DNA of 64,000 bases from a virus (IMGVR_UViG_3300006143_000275); one strand, 5' to 3'; positions 9,781 to 18,073 are shown, numbered from the stretch's first letter. Notes: generated from the sequence alone by a model not told the origin. Translations and numbers: made by a program.

Positions 9781-10701
9781 TCACCCTTGTTTCTTCAGAT
9801 ATTGGAACATTTCTGTAATATCGTTTGTAATATCGTGCCGGATGGAGCAACAGGAATTCTTTGCGAATTTCCCCTCGACAGCGTCGATATACATGGAGGC
9901 GGACGTGAACTCTCCATCCATACCGTCGTCCCCCATGTAGAATTCCTTCCACTGATCCTCCGACATCAGCCGCCTTACATCGAGCTGGCGAATAGCAAGA
10001 TTGTCAAAGCTGACTGCTTTGAAGAAGCCATGTTTCACAGCGTCACCCAATGCGTTATAGAGTGCAACCTTTTTAGCCGCGATGTCTTCGCCGTGCCGCT
10101 CCAAGTTGTCCTCGCCGCGCCGGAAATCTTTATACCCGAGAATCAGAATCTTCAGGTTGTGACCAGCCAGCGACCTGAACCCCTTCATCGAAATCATACC
10201 GTTGATGATGTGAATGACAGCATTGGGGTAATACTTAACCATCTCAATAAAGCTGTCTGTGTCTTCCGTCCAGTCCAGATAGGAGATACCAAGCCCATAA
10301 ATTAACCCATGCTCCGTCAGGTATCGGAGCATGGGAAGATTTTTCATGAAATGCGTTTTGTTAACCGTGATATTGGGAATCAGCTTCCGCTCTTTGAGTT
10401 GCTGTAGAAATGGAATCAAATCTGGATGGGCGAGCGGATTGCCGCCGCCAATAGCAAGCTCAGTATAGGGGCGGATAGAATCCAAGAATGGCAGATGCAG
10501 GATGTCTCCATGTCTGCCATCCGGTCTTGAGTCCTCGTGACACATAGCGCATCCCATATCACACTGGTTTGTGATCTTGATGTCAAACGACTCTGGGAAC
10601 TCAGGCTCAAAGAAATCCAGGTCGTTTTCACGAACCTTCGTTCCGTCGCTATAGATTCTCACACGGTAATTCCCGTTGGTGTACTCGCCTAAAATACTCA
10701 C
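9781..10701 (-). CDS. radical SAM protein, function unknown
   Basis: CxxxCxxC cluster (ITNQCDMGCAMC) followed by a Gly-rich SAM-binding segment (LAIGGGNPL); about 300 aa. Confidence 0.6.
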   Translation of the reverse strand: MSILGEYTNGNYRVRIYSDGTKVRENDLDFFEPEFPESFDIKITNQCDMGCAMCHEDSRPDGRHGDILHLPFLDSIRPYTELAIGGGNPLAHPDLIPFLQQLKERKLIPNITVNKTHFMKNLPMLRYLTEHGLIYGLGISYLDWTEDTDSFIEMVKYYPNAVIHIINGMISMKGFRSLAGHNLKILILGYKDFRRGEDNLERHGEDIAAKKVALYNALGDAVKHGFFKAVSFDNLAIRQLDVRRLMSEDQWKEFYMGDDGMDGEFTSASMYIDAVEGKFAKNSCCSIRHDITNDITEMFQYLKKQG

Positions 10702-10719
10702 GAAGGTTCCTCCCTTATC

Positions 10720-11049
10720 TTATCCGTCTCTCCCGTACTCACCAAACGCGACCATCTTGTCTCCACTCGGCGTAGTGAAGTAGTGGGAGTATGATTCCAT
10801 AGAACCCCAGTCACTGTAACCCAAGTGTCGATGATCCTGATATCGGTATTCCTCAGATTCGAGGAGCAGCTTTGAATACGGAACGAGTTTGCCATCGAAG
10901 CAGTCATACATCAGTTCATCCTGCTTGAATTTCTCGTATTCTTCCTGCGTGCAGATAACGATGCTATGCGTGGAGCTGCTGTTTGTTTCAAACACTCCAC
11001 ATCTTACTTGTCTCATACGCTCTCCTTTTTGATTGCGATTAAAACTCAC
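10720..11049 (-). CDS. FETNSSSTH-motif protein (paralog of 15550-16068)
   Basis: N-terminus MRQVRCGVFETNSSSTHS is nearly identical to the N-terminus of the ORF at 15550-16068. Confidence 0.4.
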   Translation of the reverse strand: MSFNRNQKGERMRQVRCGVFETNSSSTHSIVICTQEEYEKFKQDELMYDCFDGKLVPYSKLLLESEEYRYQDHRHLGYSDWGSMESYSHYFTTPSGDKMVAFGEYGRDG

Positions 11050-11803
11050 ATTTTATAGGCCGCGATGTCACATTCTGAAAGAATGGCATCGGCAGGAGCT
11101 TGTGCAGGTTACGCTCGTTCATGGTCTTGATTTTACTGTCAAGCGAAGGATCTCCTGTTGTACCGACCATGATGTACTTGTCGAGCTGCGCATAGGTAAA
11201 ACCGAGATTGTCCTCGTCACTTTTGCCACACAGGCCGTCAGACGGCGTTTTGTCCACCAGTTCACGCGGAATGGGCAATTCGTACCCGATTTGCAGGACT
11301 TCACTCACCAGGAGACTGGCAAGAGGACTGAAATCTCCCGCACTGTCCCCAAACTTTGTGGAATATCCCACATAATCCTCTGAGCCATTACATGTGTTGG
11401 CTACCCGTCCGCCGTTCGGAAGCGACTGCGCAACCGCATACAGTGTTGCCATGCGGATGCGAGCTGGCAGATTTACCTTCGACTGCTCCGTTACAGGCAT
11501 ATAACCGCGAATTTCCAAAGTCAGACGCTCAATCGCTCCTCCGATATTGATAGTGCAGTGCTCAATGCCAAGCGTCTCCACTACCTTTCGGCTGTCCTTG
11601 ATGTCGTGCTGGACACCATTTGGCATCAAAACACCAAATACGCGGTCTTTGCCGAGCGCCTCAACGCACAGGGCGGCGACAATCGAGCTGTCTTTCCCGC
11701 CAGAAATTCCGACAACCGCACTGCACTCCGGGCCGTTTTCCTGAAAATAATCACGAATCCACTGAACGATTGCGTCTTTTGTGTGTTTTGGGTTTGGAAG
11801 CAT
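11039..11803 (-). CDS. nadE: NH3-dependent NAD+ synthetase
   Basis: PP-loop SGGKDSS; C-terminal PSDGL...DE..LG..Y..LD.Y pattern typical of NadE. Confidence 0.75.
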   Translation of the reverse strand: MLPNPKHTKDAIVQWIRDYFQENGPECSAVVGISGGKDSSIVAALCVEALGKDRVFGVLMPNGVQHDIKDSRKVVETLGIEHCTINIGGAIERLTLEIRGYMPVTEQSKVNLPARIRMATLYAVAQSLPNGGRVANTCNGSEDYVGYSTKFGDSAGDFSPLASLLVSEVLQIGYELPIPRELVDKTPSDGLCGKSDEDNLGFTYAQLDKYIMVGTTGDPSLDSKIKTMNERNLHKLLPMPFFQNVTSRPIKCEF

Positions 11804-11806
11804 AAA

Positions 11807-12249
11807 TTACCCCTCTTTTCTCCATAGTTCTACCGTGTATTGCTGGCCAAGAATCTTCTCAATGATTCCGAACACAACACCCCAGTTGCCTCCACCAAGA
11901 CCACATCCAATCTTGTATGGCATTGCAATCGTCTCGCCAGCAGGAACGATCTGTTTTAATTGGAGTAGACACTTTTCAAAAGCTGCATAGTCTGTGTACT
12001 GCCTTCCGTTATAACCGTACTGGTCTTGAGAAAACAGATTGCAAACAACCTGGGGATCAATATTCTTGCCATCAACAGGTGTGCGCCCTCATCGCACCTG
12101 ACCTTATACCATTTGTAAACTGTGGGGAATTTTGTCCTTATCTGCTTTGCGACGCCGCTTCCCATTTTCCCTTGGCAGTTCACTTGGTGGCAAATATAAT
12201 TTGATTTTGTAGAGAACAGGTCTCCATCAATTATTTTGATAGACATCAA
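11807..12249 (-). pseudogene. macro-domain (ADP-ribose binding/processing) gene split by a frameshift
   Basis: Frame A (11956-12249) gives the macro N-terminus IIDGDLFSTKSNYICHQVNCQGKMGSGVAKQI; frame +2 (11807-12088) gives NIDPQVVCNLF...IAMPYKIGCGLGGGNWGVVFGIIEKIL and ends 4 nt before the nadE start. Confidence 0.5.
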
Positions 12250-13772
12250 AATTCCCCTCCATGGAGATTCTGCCGAACCTCATCCAAGGTATAAATTTTG
12301 ATGAACTCCCCATTCTTGAAGACCACCCGTAATTCATTGTTCTCTTGAGCCTCAGCCCAAGTTAGGCCATCCTTATAGATGTAGTTATCACCGTTTTTGA
12401 TCACACGGCAGCAACCCCGCTGAGACTTCTTGAAGTGACCAGTGTCGGTCTTGGGATTCTTGAAAATCATGATGGGCTTGCCGTCTGCATCCTCGGCATA
12501 GGTGGCCTTAACGGCGATACCAAAGGTGTCACGGGTGTATGGTGCGTATGTCTTATTGACAACAGAGATACCGGAAACGGGATTGGGTTCACTTCGTTCC
12601 AAAGTCTCCAAGCACTGCATGGAGAAGGAACCGACGCCAAGGGAGACATTGTTAATGGCAAACCCGTTGGATTCCAGAATCTGATAGATTTGCTTGCATC
12701 GCTGGGGAGTAATGCTGTCACCATACAACGCCTTGACGTGCGGATTCAGCACTTTGAACCCCTTGCTGTTCACGGTGCCTCCAAAAATGTCCCACAGCTT
12801 GAACGCAGTCTTGGTCACGACCTCGACGGGGTCTCCACTGTCTCCACGGATAAGCAGACATCCATCGTGTGCCAGAATCTCGTCTTTGAGCTGCGGCAGG
12901 ATGTTGTCTACCAGATTCCAGTAATCGTAGCTGTCACTGACCATGGAGAAGTTCTGGTGAGGGTAAATCTCGGTCAGCAGACGGCGGATATGGGTGACCT
13001 CGTCACCGTCCATAGCGAAGTTGGAACACATCACGCTGTGTTCGGTGGACAAAGCGCCATAGGCTACCGGCTCCTTAGCACAGTCGCAGTGATAGTTGTC
13101 CTCCAGCCACAGGATTGCGGGAACAGTGGCGGTGTTCAGGAAGCTGAGACAGAAAGCGGCAGAACTTTTGGTGGCGCTCTCCACGCTCTCTTGACCACGC
13201 ATGGAAAAATCGCCAAGGAGTCTGGCGCGGACCACGCTGTCATCACAGGTGCGATCTGTAAACTCGTTGACGATTTGGCGGTAGCGATAGCCGACCTCGG
13301 CGGAAACTTGGGTGTGCCACATGGTGCAGGACAGCATGGTCTCAATGGAGTTCACCAGCCACACAAAGTTCGGATGGGTGTTGGAAATCTCAATTTGCGG
13401 CACCTTGATATTGGTACGCACACCCTCCGGCACGGCCCGAATCTCTAGGGGAAGATAGCCCAAGTCATGAAGAGCTTTCAGGCGCTTTTCTCCAACACCA
13501 TCGGTGTTGATGGTGGCGTTGAGAACCCGCTTATACTCGCTGAGGACATCCTCCCAGTCCTCTTGGAAGAAAAAGTGGTTGAAGGCATCAACGAGGTACT
13601 CCTTGATGAACGCCTGGAGGCCAAACATCGTGACCTTATCTGTGTCTCCCAGCCGGGTCATGCGGGGAGTGTAGTAGGAGACCATCTTGGTCAGGGTCTG
13701 CGGATACTGCTCTGCGTGGGCCGTCTTGTAAAAGTCCAGGCAAAGCAGTGGATTGTAGCAACAACCACTCAT
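12246..13772 (-). CDS. nadV: nicotinamide phosphoribosyltransferase (NAMPT/NadV)
   Basis: 508 aa; N-terminal LDFYKTAHAEQYPQ matches the NAMPT DSYK(V)THyKQYP signature; length typical. Confidence 0.8.
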   Translation of the reverse strand: MSGCCYNPLLCLDFYKTAHAEQYPQTLTKMVSYYTPRMTRLGDTDKVTMFGLQAFIKEYLVDAFNHFFFQEDWEDVLSEYKRVLNATINTDGVGEKRLKALHDLGYLPLEIRAVPEGVRTNIKVPQIEISNTHPNFVWLVNSIETMLSCTMWHTQVSAEVGYRYRQIVNEFTDRTCDDSVVRARLLGDFSMRGQESVESATKSSAAFCLSFLNTATVPAILWLEDNYHCDCAKEPVAYGALSTEHSVMCSNFAMDGDEVTHIRRLLTEIYPHQNFSMVSDSYDYWNLVDNILPQLKDEILAHDGCLLIRGDSGDPVEVVTKTAFKLWDIFGGTVNSKGFKVLNPHVKALYGDSITPQRCKQIYQILESNGFAINNVSLGVGSFSMQCLETLERSEPNPVSGISVVNKTYAPYTRDTFGIAVKATYAEDADGKPIMIFKNPKTDTGHFKKSQRGCCRVIKNGDNYIYKDGLTWAEAQENNELRVVFKNGEFIKIYTLDEVRQNLHGGEF

Positions 13773-13993
13773 TTCTCATCATCCTCACTTTCAACTTTCT
13801 TTCCCGCATAGTAGATTGCAAATGCAAGAGGAGCCACGATAAACCACAAAGCCATGATCCATATTGGTAGATAGTGCATATCTTCCAGGTCGCTATAGCT
13901 GTTCTTTTTATACATCAGGTAGTAGTAAAAACCGCCAAGAGAAGAACCAATCAGAATGTAAGTGATAACAATTAAAACGATTAGAAACAGCAT
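13769..13993 (-). CDS. small membrane protein
   Basis: 74 aa with two hydrophobic helices. Confidence 0.3.
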   Translation of the reverse strand: MLFLIVLIVITYILIGSSLGGFYYYLMYKKNSYSDLEDMHYLPIWIMALWFIVAPLAFAIYYAGKKVESEDDEK

Positions 13994-13995
13994 AT

Positions 13996-14163
13996 TGTCA
14001 CCTCAATAGTGAATTTTCTGGACATAACCACACTTTTTGCAACGGTATATTTCTGTGTATCCAATAGGCATATCCTGTGGAGCCCACTCAGAATAGTTGG
14101 TTACTCTCGTGATATGTTCCCACTCATGTTTGCAAAACAGCGAGCGGATATAGTTGATAAGCC
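13996..14163 (-). CDS. small Zn-ribbon protein (55 aa, not in the ORF track)
   Basis: ATG preceded by AGGAGGTG; MRWLINYIRSLFCKHEWEH...CKKCGYVQKIHY. Confidence 0.25.
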
Positions 14164-14186
14164 ATCTCATCGCGCACCTCCTATGA

Positions 14187-14987
14187 CTACTCTAATACAG
14201 CCACTTTCTCATGTTCACCACGATAGATGCTGTTTGTTGTAAATACTCGTGAAATCTGGCCATCTGTCAACACGGAGCCCTTGAAGATGGTGCTCTCACA
14301 ATGGGACACATACAGAAAAATTTCCTTTGCACCAGCTTCTTTCAGGGCAGCAGCAGTATGGGTAAACGTACCGCCACGGGAGCAAATGTCGTCCACAATA
14401 AGAACATTTCGACCGGCGACCTTCTCACTGTTGGCGAGTTCAAGCCCTTCAATTTTGCCAGTGCGCCAGTCACGGTGCTTGATACCGAACACATACTCCC
14501 GGCCCATCAGGTCGGAGTACCGCTTGGCAGCGCCCTCGTCCGGGTAGCACATCAGAACATCAGTATCGCCTGTATCAGCCATGACACGCTCAATAGCCAG
14601 ACGGATATTGTCCGCAGGCTCCTTCACGCAGATGCGGTCGATAAGCGCTGCCGCCACATTGGAATGTGGATCAAGCACTTCAACCTTACGAAAGTTGAGA
14701 GTGTTAATGAACTCGGCGAACCATTTCAGGGTGAACACCTCGTCGCCGCTCTTGACCCTGTCCATACGAGCATTGGGAATGTACGGCAAAACGAGCTCAA
14801 TATCCACACCCATCCGATTGTTCGCCCGAATGTGATGCACCAAATGCCACAGGAGCATACACTCGTGGTCGCCATCATACCGCCACTCAATACGGAACCA
14901 GACAGCGTCTTTGGTATCAAGGCGGAAGGATGTGGTCCCGTCTGGGAACTGCGTAAAGTTAACAGGGGTTCTGTTCACCAGAATCAT
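14187..14987 (-). CDS. prs: ribose-phosphate pyrophosphokinase (PRPP synthetase)
   Basis: PRPP-binding loop VLIVDDICSRGGTFTHTAAALKEAGA; about 266 aa. Confidence 0.75.
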   Translation of the reverse strand: MILVNRTPVNFTQFPDGTTSFRLDTKDAVWFRIEWRYDGDHECMLLWHLVHHIRANNRMGVDIELVLPYIPNARMDRVKSGDEVFTLKWFAEFINTLNFRKVEVLDPHSNVAAALIDRICVKEPADNIRLAIERVMADTGDTDVLMCYPDEGAAKRYSDLMGREYVFGIKHRDWRTGKIEGLELANSEKVAGRNVLIVDDICSRGGTFTHTAAALKEAGAKEIFLYVSHCESTIFKGSVLTDGQISRVFTTNSIYRGEHEKVAVLE

Positions 14988-14990
14988 GTC

Positions 14991-15539
14991 TTACTCCTCC
15001 CAGTTCTCAATGTTGATTTGACACATCTTCATGGCCTTGAGGGCATTTTCGTGGCTCTCTGGTGTCACGCCAGCGCAGCAAGCGGCATCCACCGTAATTT
15101 TGACTTCCGGCAAAAACGCTTTAAGCAGCAGCGCGTTGGAAATGACACAGATATCGGTGCAGAGGCCGACCAGGACAATCTCGTCAATATGGCTCGACAC
15201 GCTGTTTTTAATGCGCAGGTACTCGCCAAGTTCAATAGAGCCAAACGTTTTCTTTCTGAAAGTAGAAGTCCACTCCTCCTTGTCTACGATTGCATTGAAA
15301 AGCACATCAGGGGCGCACCAGCCCTCGGTCTTATCAATGCAGTGCTCAACGGGGAGCATCTTCCCTTCCTGCGTCTCCAGATAGTCCTTATCGTGGGTAT
15401 CAAAGGTTGCAAGGATCTCGCCGTCAAACTCTTCGGCTTTCGCAACAACCTTCGGCAGAATCGCCTGCGCCTCTTTGGTGCCAAGAGACCCATCAATGAA
15501 ATCGTTTTGCATATCAACAATGACCAATACCTTACTCAT
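14991..15539 (-). CDS. pncA: nicotinamidase / isochorismatase-family hydrolase
   Basis: VLVIVDMQNDF signature; start taken at the internal MSKVLVIV. Confidence 0.7.
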   Translation of the reverse strand: MSKVLVIVDMQNDFIDGSLGTKEAQAILPKVVAKAEEFDGEILATFDTHDKDYLETQEGKMLPVEHCIDKTEGWCAPDVLFNAIVDKEEWTSTFRKKTFGSIELGEYLRIKNSVSSHIDEIVLVGLCTDICVISNALLLKAFLPEVKITVDAACCAGVTPESHENALKAMKMCQINIENWEE

Positions 15540-15549
15540 ATGTACCTCC

Positions 15550-16068
15550 TTAGTTCCCCTTGTAGTAAAATTCGTGCCGGTAATCGACATGGAAATTTTC
15601 CACGCGATCATCGTCAATTTCATCACTTGTTGTTAAAACAACGCTTTTATCGGAGAATAAATAACGGAGCAGCCGCCCGCTGCTCCGAAGTATTCCGTCC
15701 ACGAACCTCAGATGATCGTCCTCACCAGCATGATCGACAAAAGCATTAACGCAATAAACGCCGCTTCCATATCTGTGATAGGTGGCCTTTTCAAACTCAC
15801 ATTGAACACCAACTTTCATCAGTTCTTCCATAATCCATGTCTTTGCGTTCTCTGCCTTTTTCATTTCATAAAGCGACAGGATACTGGAGTATAAATACGC
15901 AGCCTTATCCTCGACTGACCGCAGTTCAGCAGGCTCTCGGCCAAAATCGTCACATCGAAAATACACCTTTTCTGGATATTCTAGTTCAGCCTTCCTGTCC
16001 GTCACAATACAAATACAGTGGGTGCTGCTGGAATTGGTCTCAAACACCGAATTTCGTACTTGCCGCAT
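15550..16068 (-). CDS. FETNSSSTH-motif protein (paralog of 10720-11049)
   Basis: MRQVRNSVFETNSSSTH N-terminus; the listed ORF is over-extended upstream, start taken at M63. Confidence 0.4.
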   Translation of the reverse strand: MRQVRNSVFETNSSSTHCICIVTDRKAELEYPEKVYFRCDDFGREPAELRSVEDKAAYLYSSILSLYEMKKAENAKTWIMEELMKVGVQCEFEKATYHRYGSGVYCVNAFVDHAGEDDHLRFVDGILRSSGRLLRYLFSDKSVVLTTSDEIDDDRVENFHVDYRHEFYYKGN

Positions 16069-16241
16069 TGGTTTTCTCCTTAAACTGATATGTTGTTCGT
16101 TCTGTAATCCGTCATTACAGATGTCCAGGTGAGATGTGACTGGACATCTGAATGATGCCAAAGGACTCGCGAGCGGCGCGACTTCGTCGGCGTCAGCCGA
16201 CCTCGTCGCGCTCGCGCAGCGAGGAAACAAACAAATCCATA

Positions 16242-16266
16242 CTCCGATTAACAATACGGAGTGCCC
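16242..16266. repeat. conserved hairpin motif copy E (CTCCG-ATTAACAATA-CGGAG-TGCCC)
   Basis: Stem changed by compensatory substitutions relative to copies A-D. Confidence 0.5.
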
Positions 16267-16355
16267 GCTTTATGTATTGATTGGTTATAACAGGCGATAT
16301 ACATTACAGAACTGTCGGAATTTTCTTTTTGCAGCCTTGAAGAAGTGACGCCGAT

Positions 16356-16403
16356 GATCCAAGATCCGGGAGGATCGCCCGCGATCCGTACGGATCTTTG
16401 ATC
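16356..16403. promoter_or_regulatory. cluster of six GATC sites with 10-bp periodicity inside nested palindromes
   Basis: TGATCCAAGATCCGGGAGGATCGCCCGCGATCCGTACGGATCTTTGATCA. Confidence 0.4.
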
Positions 16404-16438
16404 ATTCGGAGGAACTTCTTTGAGCGTGTGAACGGTTA

Positions 16439-16474
16439 CCCTTGCGTTTCTCTGATTCACAATACAGAGTGCCC
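16439..16474. repeat. conserved hairpin motif copy D
   Basis: CCTTGCGTTTCTCTGATTCACAATACAGAGTGCCC. Confidence 0.5.
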
Positions 16475-16515
16475 TATGTACGCAGACTGTGGGCTAATAC
16501 GCTGCAAAATGATTA

Positions 16516-17130
16516 TTACTCCTGGAACCTGTAGTCAACTCTCTCCCAGTTCCCAGGTCTTAGATATGTGATATAGATTTTGTCAAACGCCCAAGAACCG
16601 ACATCTCCCATGCCAGCCTCTCCGCGATAATCTCCGCCTCCCATGCCATTCCCGATGCAAGTGAGAAGCGGAAGCGGGTTGATACACCACACGCCAGACA
16701 TCCCGTATCTGTCGCGGACGGAGTTCCGCCTTATGTATTCCTCTATGTCGATGTAGCACTTTTTCGTTGCATTCACCAGATAGCACCCGGCGCTGTCGAG
16801 ATCGAGCTTATATTGTGGCGTTTCCGGTGAGATATCCTGAACGCTTCTGTATTCACCCCACACGCCGTTATACTTTTCAAGGAAGGCTTCAACACTTGTG
16901 ATATATCCATCACCAAAGTTGCATCCATCCTCCACTGCATCGGTGGCATAGTCTCCCATCCATGCGATACGGGCCGGTCTGTCCTCGATTTCATGCAGCA
17001 CCGCGTTAACAAAGTTATTGCCGATCCATGAGTGCTCCATCAGCTTGAGCCCATTGTCAAATGCGTGAGAATACGCAGACCGTTCCTCTCCGTCTTCAAA
17101 AATCATCAGCGGTCTATAATACTGTCCCAT
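16516..17130 (-). CDS. hypothetical protein
   Basis: 204-aa ORF. Confidence 0.3.
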   Translation of the reverse strand: MGQYYRPLMIFEDGEERSAYSHAFDNGLKLMEHSWIGNNFVNAVLHEIEDRPARIAWMGDYATDAVEDGCNFGDGYITSVEAFLEKYNGVWGEYRSVQDISPETPQYKLDLDSAGCYLVNATKKCYIDIEEYIRRNSVRDRYGMSGVWCINPLPLLTCIGNGMGGGDYRGEAGMGDVGSWAFDKIYITYLRPGNWERVDYRFQE

Positions 17131-17570
17131 CAGCTCGCCCTCCCAAGCACAGCTATAAAGCTGTCCGTTTCAATATCCTCCTCGATGTCAGCAGGCGCAA
17201 ACCAGTCGTCGGCATCTTCATCGGTGTCTTCTTCAATATCGTCTTCGACATTTTCTTCTTCTTCATCCCACGCTTCGTTTTCGTCCATATGCCGGAGGAC
17301 TTCGTTCTTGTAGTCGTCAAATGAATAATCTGCGTCCTCATATCCGCCATATCCATCCTCGCGGTAGTAATCGCAACGAGTCGGAATGTTCGCCAGAAGG
17401 CCACGGATTTCTTCCCAGTCACGCATATTGCCGATTGTTTCCAGCAGGATTTCATTGAGGTATTCTGCATCATAAACATCGTTGCAGAGATCATCAATTC
17501 CCTCATCAACACAGAAACTGATTAGGTCGCCGAATGAGTTTACACCTTCGATAAATTCCTGACGTGTCAT
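17130..17570 (-). CDS. highly acidic small protein with a conserved C-terminal tail (DSFIAVLGRAS)
   Basis: 146 aa, D/E-rich; C-terminus matches the tail shared by six other small ORFs. Confidence 0.4.
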   Translation of the reverse strand: MTRQEFIEGVNSFGDLISFCVDEGIDDLCNDVYDAEYLNEILLETIGNMRDWEEIRGLLANIPTRCDYYREDGYGGYEDADYSFDDYKNEVLRHMDENEAWDEEEENVEDDIEEDTDEDADDWFAPADIEEDIETDSFIAVLGRAS

Positions 17571-17594
17571 GAAGAAGACCCCTTTCTGTTGAAT

Positions 17595-17669
17595 TGGTGA
17601 CCCGGACGGGAGTCGAACCCGCGTTACCAGAGTGAAGGTCTGGTGTCTTAACCGCTTGACTACCGGGCC
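17595..17669 (-). tRNA. tRNA-Glu (anticodon TTC)
   Basis: Cloverleaf read by eye; T-loop GGTTCGACTCC; encoded CCA. Confidence 0.6.
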
Positions 17670-17672
17670 GTA

Positions 17673-17748
17673 TGGTCTGAGTGGGGAGGATCGAACTCCC
17701 GGCCTCGTGATCCCAAATCACGCGCTCTGCCAACTGAGCTACACCCAG
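17673..17748 (-). tRNA. tRNA-Pro (anticodon TGG)
   Basis: Anticodon loop TTTGGGA; T-arm GGGAGTTCGATCCTCCC; CCA. Confidence 0.6.
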
Positions 17749-17752
17749 ATAT

Positions 17753-17919
17753 TGTGCGGGCGGGGATTTTCACCCCGCATAGGTAAGATTATGTACCTGC
17801 TACCGAGCTTGTCGCCCATCGGCTACTTCACCGAACCCAAACAGGAGGACAACGATGGACTCGAACCATTGTCTTACCCTACCTCTCGTTATAGCGTCTA
17901 CCTATTCCGCCACCGCACA
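17753..17919 (-). ncRNA. atypical tRNA-like element, about 167 nt, with a tRNA-Leu-type D-arm and a large internal insertion
   Basis: 5' TGTGCGG pairs perfectly with 3' CCGCACA; D-arm GTGGCGGAATAGGTAGACGC matches tRNA-Leu; internal T-arm-like GGACAACGATGGACTCGAACCATTGTC; no clean anticodon arm. Confidence 0.3.
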
Positions 17920-17935
17920 TTTTGTATTGTGTAGC

Positions 17936-17970
17936 TCTAAAAACAGGACTCCCGCAGGCGAGCGTCCCTG
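17936..17970 (-). terminator. rho-independent terminator (minus strand)
   Basis: Hairpin CAGGGACGCTCGCCTGCGGGAGTCCTG followed by TTTTT on the minus strand. Confidence 0.45.
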
Positions 17971-18039
17971 TAAACCTGCTACACTCGGTTTTGAGCGTGC
18001 CCATCCCGCAGGGCGGCGGGGTGCTCCGTGTACTTTGGA

Positions 18040-18073
18040 GCAAAGAAAAAGATCGTGCCGAGAACTACGGCAC
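18040..18073 (-). terminator. rho-independent terminator after tRNA-Gly (minus strand)
   Basis: Hairpin GTGCCGTAGTTCTCGGCAC then TCTTTTTCTTTG on the minus strand. Confidence 0.5.

Noticed and set aside
12435-13448. 337-aa plus-strand ORF
   Set aside because: Antisense to nadV. Gly/Val-rich artefact of the GC-rich coding strand.
14301-15749. 482-aa plus-strand ORF
   Set aside because: Antisense to the prs and pncA genes, which carry clear enzyme signatures.
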